Of a DNA stretch of 64,000 bases, positions 9,317 through 19,067 are shown piece after piece. Made by a program: the position numbers and the translations under genes. The stretch comes from an uncultured Chloroflexia bacterium (GTDB taxonomy: Bacteria; Chloroflexota; Limnocylindria; Limnocylindrales; CSP1-4): the NCBI GenBank assembly GCA_963828165.1, contig CAWHDR010000001.1, positions 1,120,001 to 1,184,000 of the forward strand. Direction: 5' to 3'. Below the pieces are notes generated by a model that did no database searches, was not told the origin of the DNA, and saw nothing but the letters and a program-made list of their open reading frames with translations. Position 1 is the first letter of the stretch; each line of letters begins with the position of its first letter.

Positions 9317-10472
9317 ATGGCCGGACTCACTCGGGTCCCGGCTCCTCGATCGCCGTTCGACGGCCAGTGGGCCGCCATCGGCGGATTCCTCGTGGTCGTC
9401 ATCGTCGCGCTCGCCGATCGAGCCGTGGGGCAGCACCCGGGCGCCGACCGGCCCGACGCCATCCCCGTACCGCCCACCGGCCACCGCCACGCCGGCGCCG
9501 CAAGTCGGCCCGCGGATCGCCCTCCGCCCGTACCGGCCGGAGTCCTTCGGGCCCGCGCCGAGCGAAGCGGAATGGTCGATCCGCACCTCGGCGGCGCGGA
9601 TCACGCCGGTGCCATCAGTCGGCCTTTCCGAGCCAACGGACATCGCCAGCGGTCCCGTCGTCGATATCGGGCCCGCCGACGACCTTGACGTCATCGTCAT
9701 CACCGGCCCGCCAGGTAGCGCCCTGGACAAGATCCGGCTCTGGCGATTCGACGACGTCGGGCGTCCTGAGCGGCTGGACCTGGCCCGTCTGGCATCGCCG
9801 TGGGCCGACGCCCCGGCCTGGGCCGTCGGCCTGCGCGCGCCTGGCGCCGCAGCTGGCCAGGTACTGGCCTGGCAGCCGGGCCTGTACCGCCTGGACCTGC
9901 TCGTGGAACCGGCCGGGACGATCCGGATGGTCATGCTGTCGGCTCGCGCGGATCGCGATGGCGGGGGTGGCGTGGCGCGCATCCCGTCCAAGTCGGACCG
10001 TGTGCCCCTCGATGCATTCGGCGCGTCCATCCTGCGCCGCTTGCCGCAGGCGGCCAACCTGTGGACCGTCGGCGAGATCCTCACGGGCTGGGCGCGACCG
10101 CCGGCCGCGGGGGATTGCCGCGTGGCGCAGATCTGGCAGGCCGGCGGGCCCGAGGCAGGGTGCTGGCCCGTTCCGATCGGCCCGGCGAGCGCCCTCGGGG
10201 TGAACCTGCCGGACGGGCAACGCGTGGCCGCGATCGAGCTGGCCCAGGTGGATCCGCTGCCCGGCCCGATCGCCCTGGAGAGTCAGATCGGCGTGGGCGG
10301 GCGGCCCGGCGTGGCGGCGCTCGAGACGCCGGCCAGTGGCCTGGCCGACGGCATCTACCGGATGAAGGTGGCCGTCGTCGGTGGTGGCGACGAACACTGG
10401 TATGTGGAGGTCGGGCCGAACGGCCGCCAGGCGGCCGCGATCAATGCCTTCGTGACCAGCGCTCAGCGGTAG
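9317..10472 (+). CDS. Membrane-anchored hypothetical protein (frameshift ~9415)
   Basis: The N-terminal TM segment (ORF 9317) joins ORF 9204..10472 at ...VALA/IEPWG; a Pro-rich linker precedes beta-rich domains. Confidence 0.6.
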
Positions 10473-10900
10473 ACGGGCTCCCTGGTCATCCGGTAGACGG
10501 CCCGCGACAGGACGGCGAGGCCAAGGCCGGCGATCCACAGGCCGGGCCCGTTCGTGAACACCTGGATGGGTTCCGTGAACTGGAAGGCCTCGCTCAGGAG
10601 CAGGTCGATGACCCGCCAGCCGAGGCCCAGCCAGCCGACGACGGCCAGCAGCCCGTACGAAACGGTCCGGTCGATCCCGGTGGGGCGGTCGCCGACCGCA
10701 TACGGGAGCGCGACGAGCGCGAGCGTGATGACACCGACGAGGAACACGATGATCCCGCTGCCCTCGAAGGCGTTGCCGGACAGCGGCGGGATCCCGGTCT
10801 CGCCTCCGACCCGCCACCACGGCAGGATGGAGCCCACGACGATGAGGACGCCGGCGATGGCCGCCAGCGTTCGACCCCCGCCCAGGGGCCGGCGGTGCAT
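10463..10900 (-). CDS. Small 4-TM hypothetical membrane protein
   Basis: MHRRPLGGGRTLAAIAGVLIVVGSILPWW...GPGLWIAGLG; starts just after the hpt stop. Confidence 0.75.
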   Translation of the reverse strand: MHRRPLGGGRTLAAIAGVLIVVGSILPWWRVGGETGIPPLSGNAFEGSGIIVFLVGVITLALVALPYAVGDRPTGIDRTVSYGLLAVVGWLGLGWRVIDLLLSEAFQFTEPIQVFTNGPGLWIAGLGLAVLSRAVYRMTREPVYR

Positions 10901-10902
10901 CG

Positions 10903-11490
10903 TCACTCGGCGTCCGCCTCCGGACCGCCGGCTCCGTAGACCTCCGGCTTCAGGACTCCGACGAAGCGCAGGTTGCGGTACAGCTCGCCGTAGTCGAGGC
11001 CGTAGCCGACGACGAACTGGTCCGGGATCTCGAACCCGATGTAGTCGACCGGGATCTCGACCAGTCGGCGGGCGGGCTTGTCGAGCAACGTGCAGATCCG
11101 GAGCGACGCCGGGTTCTTGCCGCGCAGGTAGCGCACGAGGTAGTTCAGCGTGAGGCCGGTGTCGATGATGTCCTCGACGATCAGGACGTCCTCGCGCTCG
11201 ATGCTCGCGGACAGGTCCTTGAGGATCCGGACGAGGCCGGACGACTCGGTGGAGTTGCCACCGTATGAGCTGACCTCCATGAGGTCGATCCGGAGCGGCA
11301 GGTCGATCGCGCGCATGAGGTCGGCCATGAACGGCAGGGAACCCTTGAGGACCGAGACCAGGGTCACCGGGCGACCGGCGTAGTCGGCGCTGATCCGGGC
11401 CCCGAGCTCCGCCACCTTCGCGGCGATCTCCTCCTCGGAGAGGAGGATCTGGCCGATGTCGTCGCGCAGGTCCGCCGTTCGCACCGCCAT
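10903..11490 (-). CDS. hpt: Hypoxanthine phosphoribosyltransferase
   Basis: VLKGS, VLIVEDIIDTGLTL, FVVGYGLDY...YRNL. Confidence 0.97.
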   Translation of the reverse strand: MAVRTADLRDDIGQILLSEEEIAAKVAELGARISADYAGRPVTLVSVLKGSLPFMADLMRAIDLPLRIDLMEVSSYGGNSTESSGLVRILKDLSASIEREDVLIVEDIIDTGLTLNYLVRYLRGKNPASLRICTLLDKPARRLVEIPVDYIGFEIPDQFVVGYGLDYGELYRNLRFVGVLKPEVYGAGGPEADAE

Positions 11491-11492
11491 CG

Positions 11493-12026
11493 TCAGCCCA
11501 CCGCCTCATCGACACCGACGGCCGATGCGGGACGGGTCCGTCGCCGTCGGGCGGCCGGTGCCGGGAGCGTCTCCGGGATCGATTCGGCGTCGACGAGCGC
11601 GGCGATGGCCGCCGGCAGCGGAACGGCCGGCAGCGCATCGGCCGTGGCGGGGCCGTGTGGTAACGCGACCTGCCCGGACGAGCCCGAGAGTCCGTCGAAC
11701 AATGCGATCTTGCCGTACTTGAGCATGAGCGCCCGGAAGTCGCGCGCATAGAACAGCTTGATGTTCACCGCGGGATACAGCTCGCGAAGCCGGCGCAGCT
11801 TGCGGTTCTTCTTGCGCACCAGCCGCTGTCGGAGCGTCGTCATCTCGAGATAGAGGTCCAGGTCCGGGAGAAAGAAGTCGGGCGCGAAACTCTCGACGAC
11901 GGCTCCCTCCAGGTTCCACAGGATCGGGAACGTGTGGGGCTCGTACTCCCAGCGGACCGCGTAGAAATCGAGGATGCGGGCCATCTCCGCCTCGCTGGCG
12001 TGGGCGAACGGCGTACTGGGGTCCAT
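11493..12026 (-). CDS. Hypothetical protein with PD-(D/E)XK-nuclease-like motif
   Basis: SEAEMARILD...WEYEP...FAPDFFLPDLDLYLEMTT...KKNRK; stop 2 nt from the hpt start. Confidence 0.75.
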   Translation of the reverse strand: MDPSTPFAHASEAEMARILDFYAVRWEYEPHTFPILWNLEGAVVESFAPDFFLPDLDLYLEMTTLRQRLVRKKNRKLRRLRELYPAVNIKLFYARDFRALMLKYGKIALFDGLSGSSGQVALPHGPATADALPAVPLPAAIAALVDAESIPETLPAPAARRRRTRPASAVGVDEAVG

Positions 12027-12084
12027 CGGCCGTCAGTCTACCCGAGTGCCGTGTCGGACGGCTGGCGCGCCACCGTCCCGGGCA

Positions 12085-12113
12085 TTGCAGCCCATACCCC
12101 CCGGGGGTATGAT
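12085..12113 (+). promoter_or_regulatory. csoR promoter with CsoR-type operator
   Basis: TTGCAG, 17 nt, TATGAT. The pseudo-palindrome CATACCCCCCGGGGGTATG (12093-12111) has the TAC-C/G-tract-GTA form typical of CsoR operators. Confidence 0.85.
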
Positions 12114-12120
12114 GCCGTGC

Positions 12121-12480
12121 ATGGCCACCACGACCGCCCGCCGTTCGACACCGGCTCCCGATCCCAGCCACTTCCGACACAGTTACTCGAAGGACACCGC
12201 CCAGCTCATGCGACGCCTGTCGCGCATGGAGGGCCAGGTCCGCGGGATCGCGCGGATGATCGAACGCGAGGAGTACTGCGTCGACATCCTCCAGCAGACC
12301 GCCGCGCTGCGGGCCGCCGTCGATGCGCTGTCGATCCTCGTGCTCGAAGACCACGTCCAGGGTTGCGTCCGGACCGCCGCGGAGCGCGGCGAAGCCGACA
12401 AGTACGTCGATGAGGTCATCGATGTCGTCCGGCGGACTCTTGGCCGACCGGTTCGGAGCCCCAGCGCGCGGCCCGGCTGA
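12121..12480 (+). CDS. csoR: CsoR/RcnR-family metal-sensing repressor
   Basis: RLSRMEGQVRGI...YCVDILQQ...EDHVQGCV (C-H-C ligands). Confidence 0.9.
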   Translation: MATTTARRSTPAPDPSHFRHSYSKDTAQLMRRLSRMEGQVRGIARMIEREEYCVDILQQTAALRAAVDALSILVLEDHVQGCVRTAAERGEADKYVDEVIDVVRRTLGRPVRSPSARPG

Positions 12481-12566
12481 CGCGGCCGACCGTACCTTCG
12501 TCCCGTCGCATCGCCTCCGTTCGGGGGGATGCCTGGACGCACCAGTCAGGGCACGATCGGTCCCTG

Positions 12567-14132
12567 ATGGATGACCGCCACCCGGCACGCCTGCCTGTCG
12601 CCGCGCCCGCCGTGCCCCCGCCGCCCCAGTTCGTCGAACGCCGGGCGCAGTCCCGTCGCGAGGCGGACCGCGTCGCCCACGAGGAACGCCTGCTGCTGGC
12701 GCGCGCGCTCGACGTCCTCGCGACCGGCGATGCCCCGGAGCAACGACTGGCCGGCTTGCTCGACCTCCTGGCGCAGACCGTCGGGGCGGAACGCGCCGCG
12801 GTCGTCGCCGACGGGGCCGCTCGCCGCGTCGCCGTCGCCGCCACGGGCCCCAACGACCACGATGCGGCGATCGGGCTGGCGACCTGGCTCGATTCGGCGG
12901 CTCCCCGGAGTCGCGCGCGGCGCGCGGCCGCGAAGCGCGCCCCGATCTCTGTTGCGTTGCGCGGGATGGATGCCGGATCGACGGCCACGTCCATCGCGAA
13001 GACGCCCGCACCGCGCGAGACGTCGGACCTTGTGTATGCCTGCCTCACGATCCCGTCCGCCGGCGAGGTGACGCTCGGGTTCAGCTTCCGCGAGTCCGTC
13101 GACGCCGGGGCCCTCGAGGAGCGGCTGCCGCCCGCCCTCGCGAGGCATGCCGCGGTGGCCCTGACACTCGTGACCGAGGCCCTCGCCACGGAGCGCGAGC
13201 TGGCCAGGATGCGTGCCGTCGAAAGCCAGCGAGCGCAGTTCGTCTCGACGGTGGCGCACGAGCTGCGCACGCCCCTGACCGGGCTGTCGGGCTACCTCGA
13301 TCTCATCCTGGACGGTCGCGTCGGCGACCCCGAGGTCGAGCGCGAGTTCATGGAGCGCGGGCGCACGATCGTCAGCTCGATGGGCGCGCTCGTCGACGAC
13401 CTCCTGGAGCTCTCGCGGATCGAGTCCGGGACACTCGTGCTGGAGCAGGAGCCGTTCTCCGTCGCCGATGCCCTCAACGCCGTGTCCGCCGGGCTGCTGC
13501 CGATCGCGCTCGATCGAGGCGTGCGTCTGTTCGTGTCCGCACCGCCCCGGCTCCGATCCGCGACCGGCGATCGTCGGCGGGTCGAACAGATCGTCACGAA
13601 CCTCGCCGCCAACGCGATCAAGTTCGCGGGCGACCGGGCCGTCGAACTGGTCGGATGGTTCGAGGGACCGGTGGCCGTCGTCGCCGTGCGGGACGAAGGG
13701 CCGGGCATCGCGCCGACCGACCGCGAGCGGATCTTCGAACGCTTCTACCGGATGTCCGATCACGAGCCGATCACCGGGACCGGTCTGGGCCTGCCGATCG
13801 CGCGCGACCTCGCTCGGGCGATGGGTGGCGAGCTCGACGCGGCAAGCGTGCAGAGTGCGGGTTCCAGTTTCGTGCTCGTCCTGCCGGGGCCCGCCGGCAC
13901 CATCCCGGCGGCGGTGATCGCCGAGGCCATGCGCGTGTCGCTGGACCTCGAGACGGAGCGCCTTCGGACGCTGGCCCTGTTGCAGGCGGGCGCCGCGGCG
14001 ACCGATGAGGATCGACGCCGTATCCCGCGCGACGCGGCCGACGGTCGGCGCGAGGGACAGACCCTCGACGACGACGCCCGCCGCGACGATCCTGCCCGCC
14101 ACGATCCATCCCACGCCGTCGCGCGTCGCTGA
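12567..14132 (+). CDS. Soluble sensor histidine kinase (GAF-like, HisKA, HATPase)
   Basis: AHELRTPL, NLAANAIKF, DEGPGI, GTGLGL; no TM segment. Confidence 0.9.
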   Translation: MDDRHPARLPVAAPAVPPPPQFVERRAQSRREADRVAHEERLLLARALDVLATGDAPEQRLAGLLDLLAQTVGAERAAVVADGAARRVAVAATGPNDHDAAIGLATWLDSAAPRSRARRAAAKRAPISVALRGMDAGSTATSIAKTPAPRETSDLVYACLTIPSAGEVTLGFSFRESVDAGALEERLPPALARHAAVALTLVTEALATERELARMRAVESQRAQFVSTVAHELRTPLTGLSGYLDLILDGRVGDPEVEREFMERGRTIVSSMGALVDDLLELSRIESGTLVLEQEPFSVADALNAVSAGLLPIALDRGVRLFVSAPPRLRSATGDRRRVEQIVTNLAANAIKFAGDRAVELVGWFEGPVAVVAVRDEGPGIAPTDRERIFERFYRMSDHEPITGTGLGLPIARDLARAMGGELDAASVQSAGSSFVLVLPGPAGTIPAAVIAEAMRVSLDLETERLRTLALLQAGAAATDEDRRRIPRDAADGRREGQTLDDDARRDDPARHDPSHAVARR

Positions 14133-14138
14133 CGCCGA

Positions 14139-14183
14139 GTTATCCACGAATCCCGCCGCATCGCGACCGAGTTCGTGGATAAC
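14139..14183. promoter_or_regulatory. Inverted pair of DnaA-box-like sequences
   Basis: GTTATCCACGAA-N21-TTCGTGGATAAC; each arm contains TTATCCACG (8/9 match to TTATCCACA). Confidence 0.5.
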
Positions 14184-14394
14184 CGCGTTGACGCGCCCCC
14201 GGCCCGACCCGTACGGTCCCATCCCGCACTGGGGCGAACGCGAGGGTAACGCGATCCACGAGGGGCTCGGGGAGACCCGGCCGCGAACCGGATGGATGGC
14301 GGAAGACCGGACCAGCGCTCACGGTGCGAGATGAGTCGACGTCGGGAGCGGCGCCGCGCGGTCGATGGCACGTGGATCCACAGGAGGGCGTGCC

Positions 14395-15177
14395 GTGGTC
14401 CTAGAGCGCGAGCCGCTCCCGACGCGCGTCCGGGACACGCCGCAACTGCCGCCGTCGTACGAAGGGGCCTTGGTCGGCGGCGTGACCGATCCCTGGCTGG
14501 CGTCAGTCCTGGCGGACCCCGCGGTTCGCGCCGTCATCGATGGCCACGTCCGCCTGCTGCTCGCGTGGACGCCGCACATCAATCTCACGGCCATTCGGGA
14601 GCCGGCGGCCGTCGCGACCGCGCATGTCCTGGACAGCCTGACGGCCTTGACGTGGCTGCGCGACCGGCGCGCCGATCGGGTCCTGGACCTCGGCTCGGGC
14701 GGCGGCTTCCCGGGTCTGCCGCTCGCATCTGCCCTGCCCGACGCCGCATTCACCCTGGTCGAGCCGATCGCCAAGAAGGCGCGCTTCCTCCACACCGTGG
14801 TCGAGGCGACCGGGCTGGTTGATCGGGTGACGGTTTCCATCACGCGAGCCGAGGAGCTCGCGGCGACCCCTGGTCGCCGGGGCTCGTGGTCCGTCGTCAC
14901 GGCGCGCGCGGTCGCGTCGACCGCCGATCTCGTCGAGCTCTCCTTTCCGTTGCTCGACGGTGGCGGGTCGCTGGTGGCCTGGAAGCGCGGCGATCTGGAC
15001 GCTGAGCTCGCGACGGCACGGCGGGCGATCGATGCGCTGGGTGGGGGCACGCTCGAGGTGCGTGAGGTGAGTGTGGCCGGACTCGCCGATCACCGGCTGG
15101 TGATCGCCACCCGGACGGGCGCCGTCCCGGCGGCCTACCCACGCGATCCAGCAGCTCGCCGCCGCGATCCGTGGTGA
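14395..15177 (+). CDS. rsmG: 16S rRNA m7G527 methyltransferase
   Basis: INLTAI, HVLDSL, LDLGSGGGFPGLPLA, VTARAV. GTG start after GGAGG; alternative ATG at 14365. Confidence 0.95.
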   Translation: MVLEREPLPTRVRDTPQLPPSYEGALVGGVTDPWLASVLADPAVRAVIDGHVRLLLAWTPHINLTAIREPAAVATAHVLDSLTALTWLRDRRADRVLDLGSGGGFPGLPLASALPDAAFTLVEPIAKKARFLHTVVEATGLVDRVTVSITRAEELAATPGRRGSWSVVTARAVASTADLVELSFPLLDGGGSLVAWKRGDLDAELATARRAIDALGGGTLEVREVSVAGLADHRLVIATRTGAVPAAYPRDPAARRRDPW

Positions 15178-15225
15178 GATCCCGCATCGGGTGAGCCGCT
15201 CCTGACGCTGCTACGCTCTGCCGCG

Positions 15226-15963
15226 ATGCGGGTCGCCGTCCTGTCGGACATCCACAGCAATCTCGTGGCGCTCGATGCGGTCCTCGCGCATGCCGGTGCG
15301 GTCGACGCGATCTGGCATCTGGGCGACGTCGTGGGCTACGGGCCGGACCCGGACGGGGTCGTCGCGCGGCTGATCAAGGTCGGTGCGGTCGGCGTGCGCG
15401 GCAATCACGACGCCGCGGCGCTTGGCGGGCGCGAGATCGACTGGTTCAACCCGGAGGCGCGCGCCGCGGCGGAATGGACCCGCGACACGATCGACGGCAC
15501 GACCCGCGCATGGTTGACCGCCCTGCCCGAGCGCCACGCGATCGGCCGCATGTCCCTCGTCCACGGCAGCCCGCGCGACCCGATCCGCGAGTACGTCTCG
15601 AGCGCCGACGTCGCCCTCGAGAACCTGGCCGTCCTCGAGACGGAATTCGGCCTGCACGGCCACACCCATGTGCCGGTGGCGTTCTGTCTCGGGCCGGACC
15701 AGCGCTTGCAGGTCGTGGGCCCCGGCTCGGGCAGGAGCTCGGACGGCATCCTCGCGCTCGACGGGCAACGGGCGCTCATCAACCCGGGCAGCGTAGGCCA
15801 GCCGCGGGACGGCGACCCCGATGCCTCGTACCTGATCCTGGACCCCGAGGCCGCGACGGTGAGCTGGCATCGCGTGGCGTACGACATCGCTGCCGTCCAG
15901 GCGGCGATCCGCGCTGCCGGCCTCCCGGGCCGGCTCGCCGACCGGCTCGCGTACGGCGCATGA
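15226..15963 (+). CDS. Calcineurin-like metallophosphoesterase
   Basis: SDIHSN, GDVVGYG, GNHD, HGSP, GHTH, NPGSVGQPRD. Confidence 0.92.
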   Translation: MRVAVLSDIHSNLVALDAVLAHAGAVDAIWHLGDVVGYGPDPDGVVARLIKVGAVGVRGNHDAAALGGREIDWFNPEARAAAEWTRDTIDGTTRAWLTALPERHAIGRMSLVHGSPRDPIREYVSSADVALENLAVLETEFGLHGHTHVPVAFCLGPDQRLQVVGPGSGRSSDGILALDGQRALINPGSVGQPRDGDPDASYLILDPEAATVSWHRVAYDIAAVQAAIRAAGLPGRLADRLAYGA

Positions 15964-15993
15964 CCGCGTCTCGAGCATCGTGAGGTCACGTCC

Positions 15994-18009
15994 GTGATCG
16001 GCGGTCGCCGCTCGCTCCAGGGTCGCAAGCCCGGCGACAAGCGGGTCCGCGTCGAGCGGCCTCATGCCCCGTATTTCCGGTACACGGGCCCCGGCCAGCT
16101 GACGGCCAAGGAAGCGGCCAGCATCCCGACCACGCCTGGAGCGAAGCTGGCGCACAAGATCCGCGGCGTCGTGCTCGGACGCCCGCTGGCCTCGGAAGAC
16201 GAGGCGGGCGAACGCCTGTCGAAGGTCAAGGCGATGGCGATCTTCAGCTCGGATGCGATCTCGTCATCGGCCTATGCGACCGAGGAGATCCTGCGGGCCT
16301 TCGTCCTGGCCGGCGCGGCGATGGCGGCGTTCACCTTCGCGCTGCCGGTCTCGATCGCCATCGCGCTGCTGCTGGGCATCGTCGCGTTCTCCTACCGCCA
16401 GGTGTGCATCGCGTATCCGAACGGCGGCGGGTCGTATTCGGTCTCGAAGGCCAACCTCGGCCGGATCGCCTCGCTCGTGGCGGCCTCGGCACTGCTGATC
16501 GACTACAACCTGACGGTCGCGGTATCGACGTCGTCCGCGGTCGAGCAGATCGTCTCGGCGCTGCCGGCCCTCGCACCGATCGCCGTAGGCATCGGCGTCA
16601 CGGCGATCGCGCTGATGACGATGGCCAACCTGCGCGGCCTGCGCGAGGCCGGCAACATCTTCGCCGTCCCCACCTACCTGTTCCTCGGCAGCGCGTTCCT
16701 GATGATCGGCCTGGGCGTCTTCCGGATCGTCGTCCTGGGCGAGACACGGATGCCCGCAGAGTCGCTCGAGGCGGTCGGGGACACGACCCAGGCCGTCGGC
16801 ATCCTCGTGCTGCTACGGGCCTTCTCGTCGGGCGCCGTAGCTCTGACCGGCACGGAGGCGATCGCGACCGGTGTGCCGGCGTTCAAGCCACCGGAGTCGC
16901 GCAACGCGGCGACGACGCTCATGGTGATGGCGGTCATCCTCGGCGTGCTGTTCGTCGGCATCACCTTCCTGGCGGTCAACCTCGGGGCCGTACCGCCGGC
17001 CCACGTCGGCGACAAGACCGTCATCGCGCAGGTGGCCACCGTCGTCTTCGGCGGCGATTCCATCGGCTTCTACCTGTTCCAATCGTTCACGGCCCTGCTC
17101 CTGTTCTTGGCCGCGAACACCTCCTTCAATGCGTTCCCCAGGCTTGGCGCCGTCCTCGCGATCGACGGGTTCTTCCCGCGTCAGTTCTCGTTCCGCGGCG
17201 ACCGCCTCGCCTTCTCGAGCGGGATCATCGCCCTTGGCGTGGTCGCCGCCTCGCTCGTGGTGATCTTCCGCGGCGAGACCCATGCGTTGATCCCGCTGTA
17301 CGCGGTCGGCGTCTTCATCGACTTCACGATCGCCCAGACCGGGATGGTCCGGCACTGGTGGCGCACCCAGTCGCCAGGCTGGCGCAGACGGCTGGCGATC
17401 AATGCCGTCGGTGGGATCGCGACGGCGATCGTGGCCGTCGTCGTGACGACGATCAAGTTCCGCGACGGCGCGTACCTCGTGCTCCTGCTCATCCCGGTCC
17501 TGGTCGCCGTCATGCTGTTCATCCGGCGCGAGTACGACGATCTGGAGGAGGAGCTCCACGTTCGTGACGACCTGATCGCGGAGGGGCCCCATCGCGAGCA
17601 GCGCGTGGTCATCCCGGTCAACGGCATCAACCGGGCGGTGATCCAGGCAGTGAACTTCGGGCGGACGATGAGCCCGGACATCCGGGCGGTGTACGTCACC
17701 GTGAACCCGGACGAGGGCGACGAGCTGCGCGGACGGTGGGAGCGCCAAGTGCCCGGTGTGCCGCTCGTCATCGTCGAGTCCCCCTATCGCGCCGTGATCT
17801 CGCCGCTCCTCGCCTATCTCGACCTCCTTGACCAGGCCTGGCCGCCGGACAAGGAGGCGCCGGTCACGATCGTCGTGCTGCCGGAATTCGTGCCCCGCCA
17901 CTGGTGGGAGCGCGCGCTGTACAACCAGACGGCCAAGCGTCTCAAGGCGGCGATCCTCGGGCGCGAGCACACGGTCGTCGCCGACGTCCCCTACCGCCGC
18001 GAGCACTAG
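15994..18009 (+). CDS. kimA: APC-superfamily KimA/YdaO-like K+ transporter
   Basis: SSDAISSSAYATEE, AYPNGGGSY, ALTGTEAI, LIPLYAVGVF, and a C-terminal ESPYR...PEF domain. Confidence 0.8.
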   Translation: MIGGRRSLQGRKPGDKRVRVERPHAPYFRYTGPGQLTAKEAASIPTTPGAKLAHKIRGVVLGRPLASEDEAGERLSKVKAMAIFSSDAISSSAYATEEILRAFVLAGAAMAAFTFALPVSIAIALLLGIVAFSYRQVCIAYPNGGGSYSVSKANLGRIASLVAASALLIDYNLTVAVSTSSAVEQIVSALPALAPIAVGIGVTAIALMTMANLRGLREAGNIFAVPTYLFLGSAFLMIGLGVFRIVVLGETRMPAESLEAVGDTTQAVGILVLLRAFSSGAVALTGTEAIATGVPAFKPPESRNAATTLMVMAVILGVLFVGITFLAVNLGAVPPAHVGDKTVIAQVATVVFGGDSIGFYLFQSFTALLLFLAANTSFNAFPRLGAVLAIDGFFPRQFSFRGDRLAFSSGIIALGVVAASLVVIFRGETHALIPLYAVGVFIDFTIAQTGMVRHWWRTQSPGWRRRLAINAVGGIATAIVAVVVTTIKFRDGAYLVLLLIPVLVAVMLFIRREYDDLEEELHVRDDLIAEGPHREQRVVIPVNGINRAVIQAVNFGRTMSPDIRAVYVTVNPDEGDELRGRWERQVPGVPLVIVESPYRAVISPLLAYLDLLDQAWPPDKEAPVTIVVLPEFVPRHWWERALYNQTAKRLKAAILGREHTVVADVPYRREH

Positions 18010-18071
18010 ACGGCGCGACAGCCCGGGCAGCTCACCGACCCGCACGCGTGCCGGTGGTATCGTTCCCGCCG

Positions 18072-18527
18072 ATGTCCGACACCGACACGCCCATCTACCG
18101 AAGGGCCGTCATCGCCCTCAACGGTGGCTCGAGTGACGCGCGGATCGTGCGGCTGGTGGTCGCGCTCGGGACCAAGGACGTGGAGCTGATCGCCGTCCAC
18201 GTCGTCGAGATCGACTGGACCCTCCCGCTCGATGCCGACATCGCCGGGCGATCGGAGGAGGTCCAGCAGGTGCTCGACACCGCGGAAGCGATCGCCGAGG
18301 AGCGCAAGATGAAGATGGAGCCGGTGCTGCTCCAGGCCCGCGACGTCGGGGCGGCCATCGTCGACGAAGCTACCGAGCGCGACGCCGACCTGCTGGTCGT
18401 CGGCCTGCCGTATCGAAAGCGGTTCGGCGGCGAATTCGCCATCGGCCGGACCGTCCCCTACATCCTGCAGAACGCGCCGTGCGCCGTCTGGGTGGTGCGC
18501 GAGCCGATGAGCGAGGAGCCGTCGTGA
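18072..18527 (+). CDS. Universal stress protein
   Basis: USP fold: AIVDEATERDADLLVVG...ILQNAPCAVWVVR. Confidence 0.88.
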   Translation: MSDTDTPIYRRAVIALNGGSSDARIVRLVVALGTKDVELIAVHVVEIDWTLPLDADIAGRSEEVQQVLDTAEAIAEERKMKMEPVLLQARDVGAAIVDEATERDADLLVVGLPYRKRFGGEFAIGRTVPYILQNAPCAVWVVREPMSEEPS

Positions 18528-19066
18528 AGATCGTCATCGTCGGGTGCGGCCGCGTGGGCGCAGCCAGTGCCGAGCTGTGGGACGCCGCCGGGCACGAGGT
18601 GATCGTGCTCGATATCGTCACCCGCGCATTCGAGCGTCTGCCATCCACCTTCGGCGGGGTCGCCATCCGTGGCGACGGCACCGATGAGGACGTGCTCCGT
18701 CGCGCCGGGGCGGAAGGCGCGGACGTCCTGGTGGCCCTTACCGAAGGCGATAACCGGAACGTGATGTCGGCGCAGCTCGCGGTCGAAGCCCTGGGCATCG
18801 CGCGCGTGATCGCCAAGATCAACGACCCGGTGCGGGCCGCGGCGTATTCGGAGCTCGGCATCGCCACGCTGTGCCGGACGGGCTTGATGGCCGACGCCAT
18901 CAACGGGCATCTCGGGTTCCCCCCGTCGGGGCTGCCCGGTGTCCTCGCCGCGACGGGTCACCATGATGGTGGCGCGCACCCCGCGGGCGCGCACCCCGCG
19001 CATGACAAGGCGCCCGGTGACGCCCCCGAACAAGACGCCGCGCCGCGCGCGGCCGTGGAGGCCTGA
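18524..19066 (+). CDS. trkA: TrkA-family RCK_N protein
   Basis: VIVGCGRVG, GDGTDEDVL, TEGDNRN; lacks RCK_C and has a His-rich tail. Confidence 0.85.
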   Translation: MKIVIVGCGRVGAASAELWDAAGHEVIVLDIVTRAFERLPSTFGGVAIRGDGTDEDVLRRAGAEGADVLVALTEGDNRNVMSAQLAVEALGIARVIAKINDPVRAAAYSELGIATLCRTGLMADAINGHLGFPPSGLPGVLAATGHHDGGAHPAGAHPAHDKAPGDAPEQDAAPRAAVEA

Positions 19067-19067
19067 C

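Noticed and set aside
12121-12480. CsoR as a CstR-type persulfide sensor for the PDO-rhodanese gene
   Set aside because: It retains the metal-binding His, lies 22 kb away, and no matching operator was seen near 33-34 kb.
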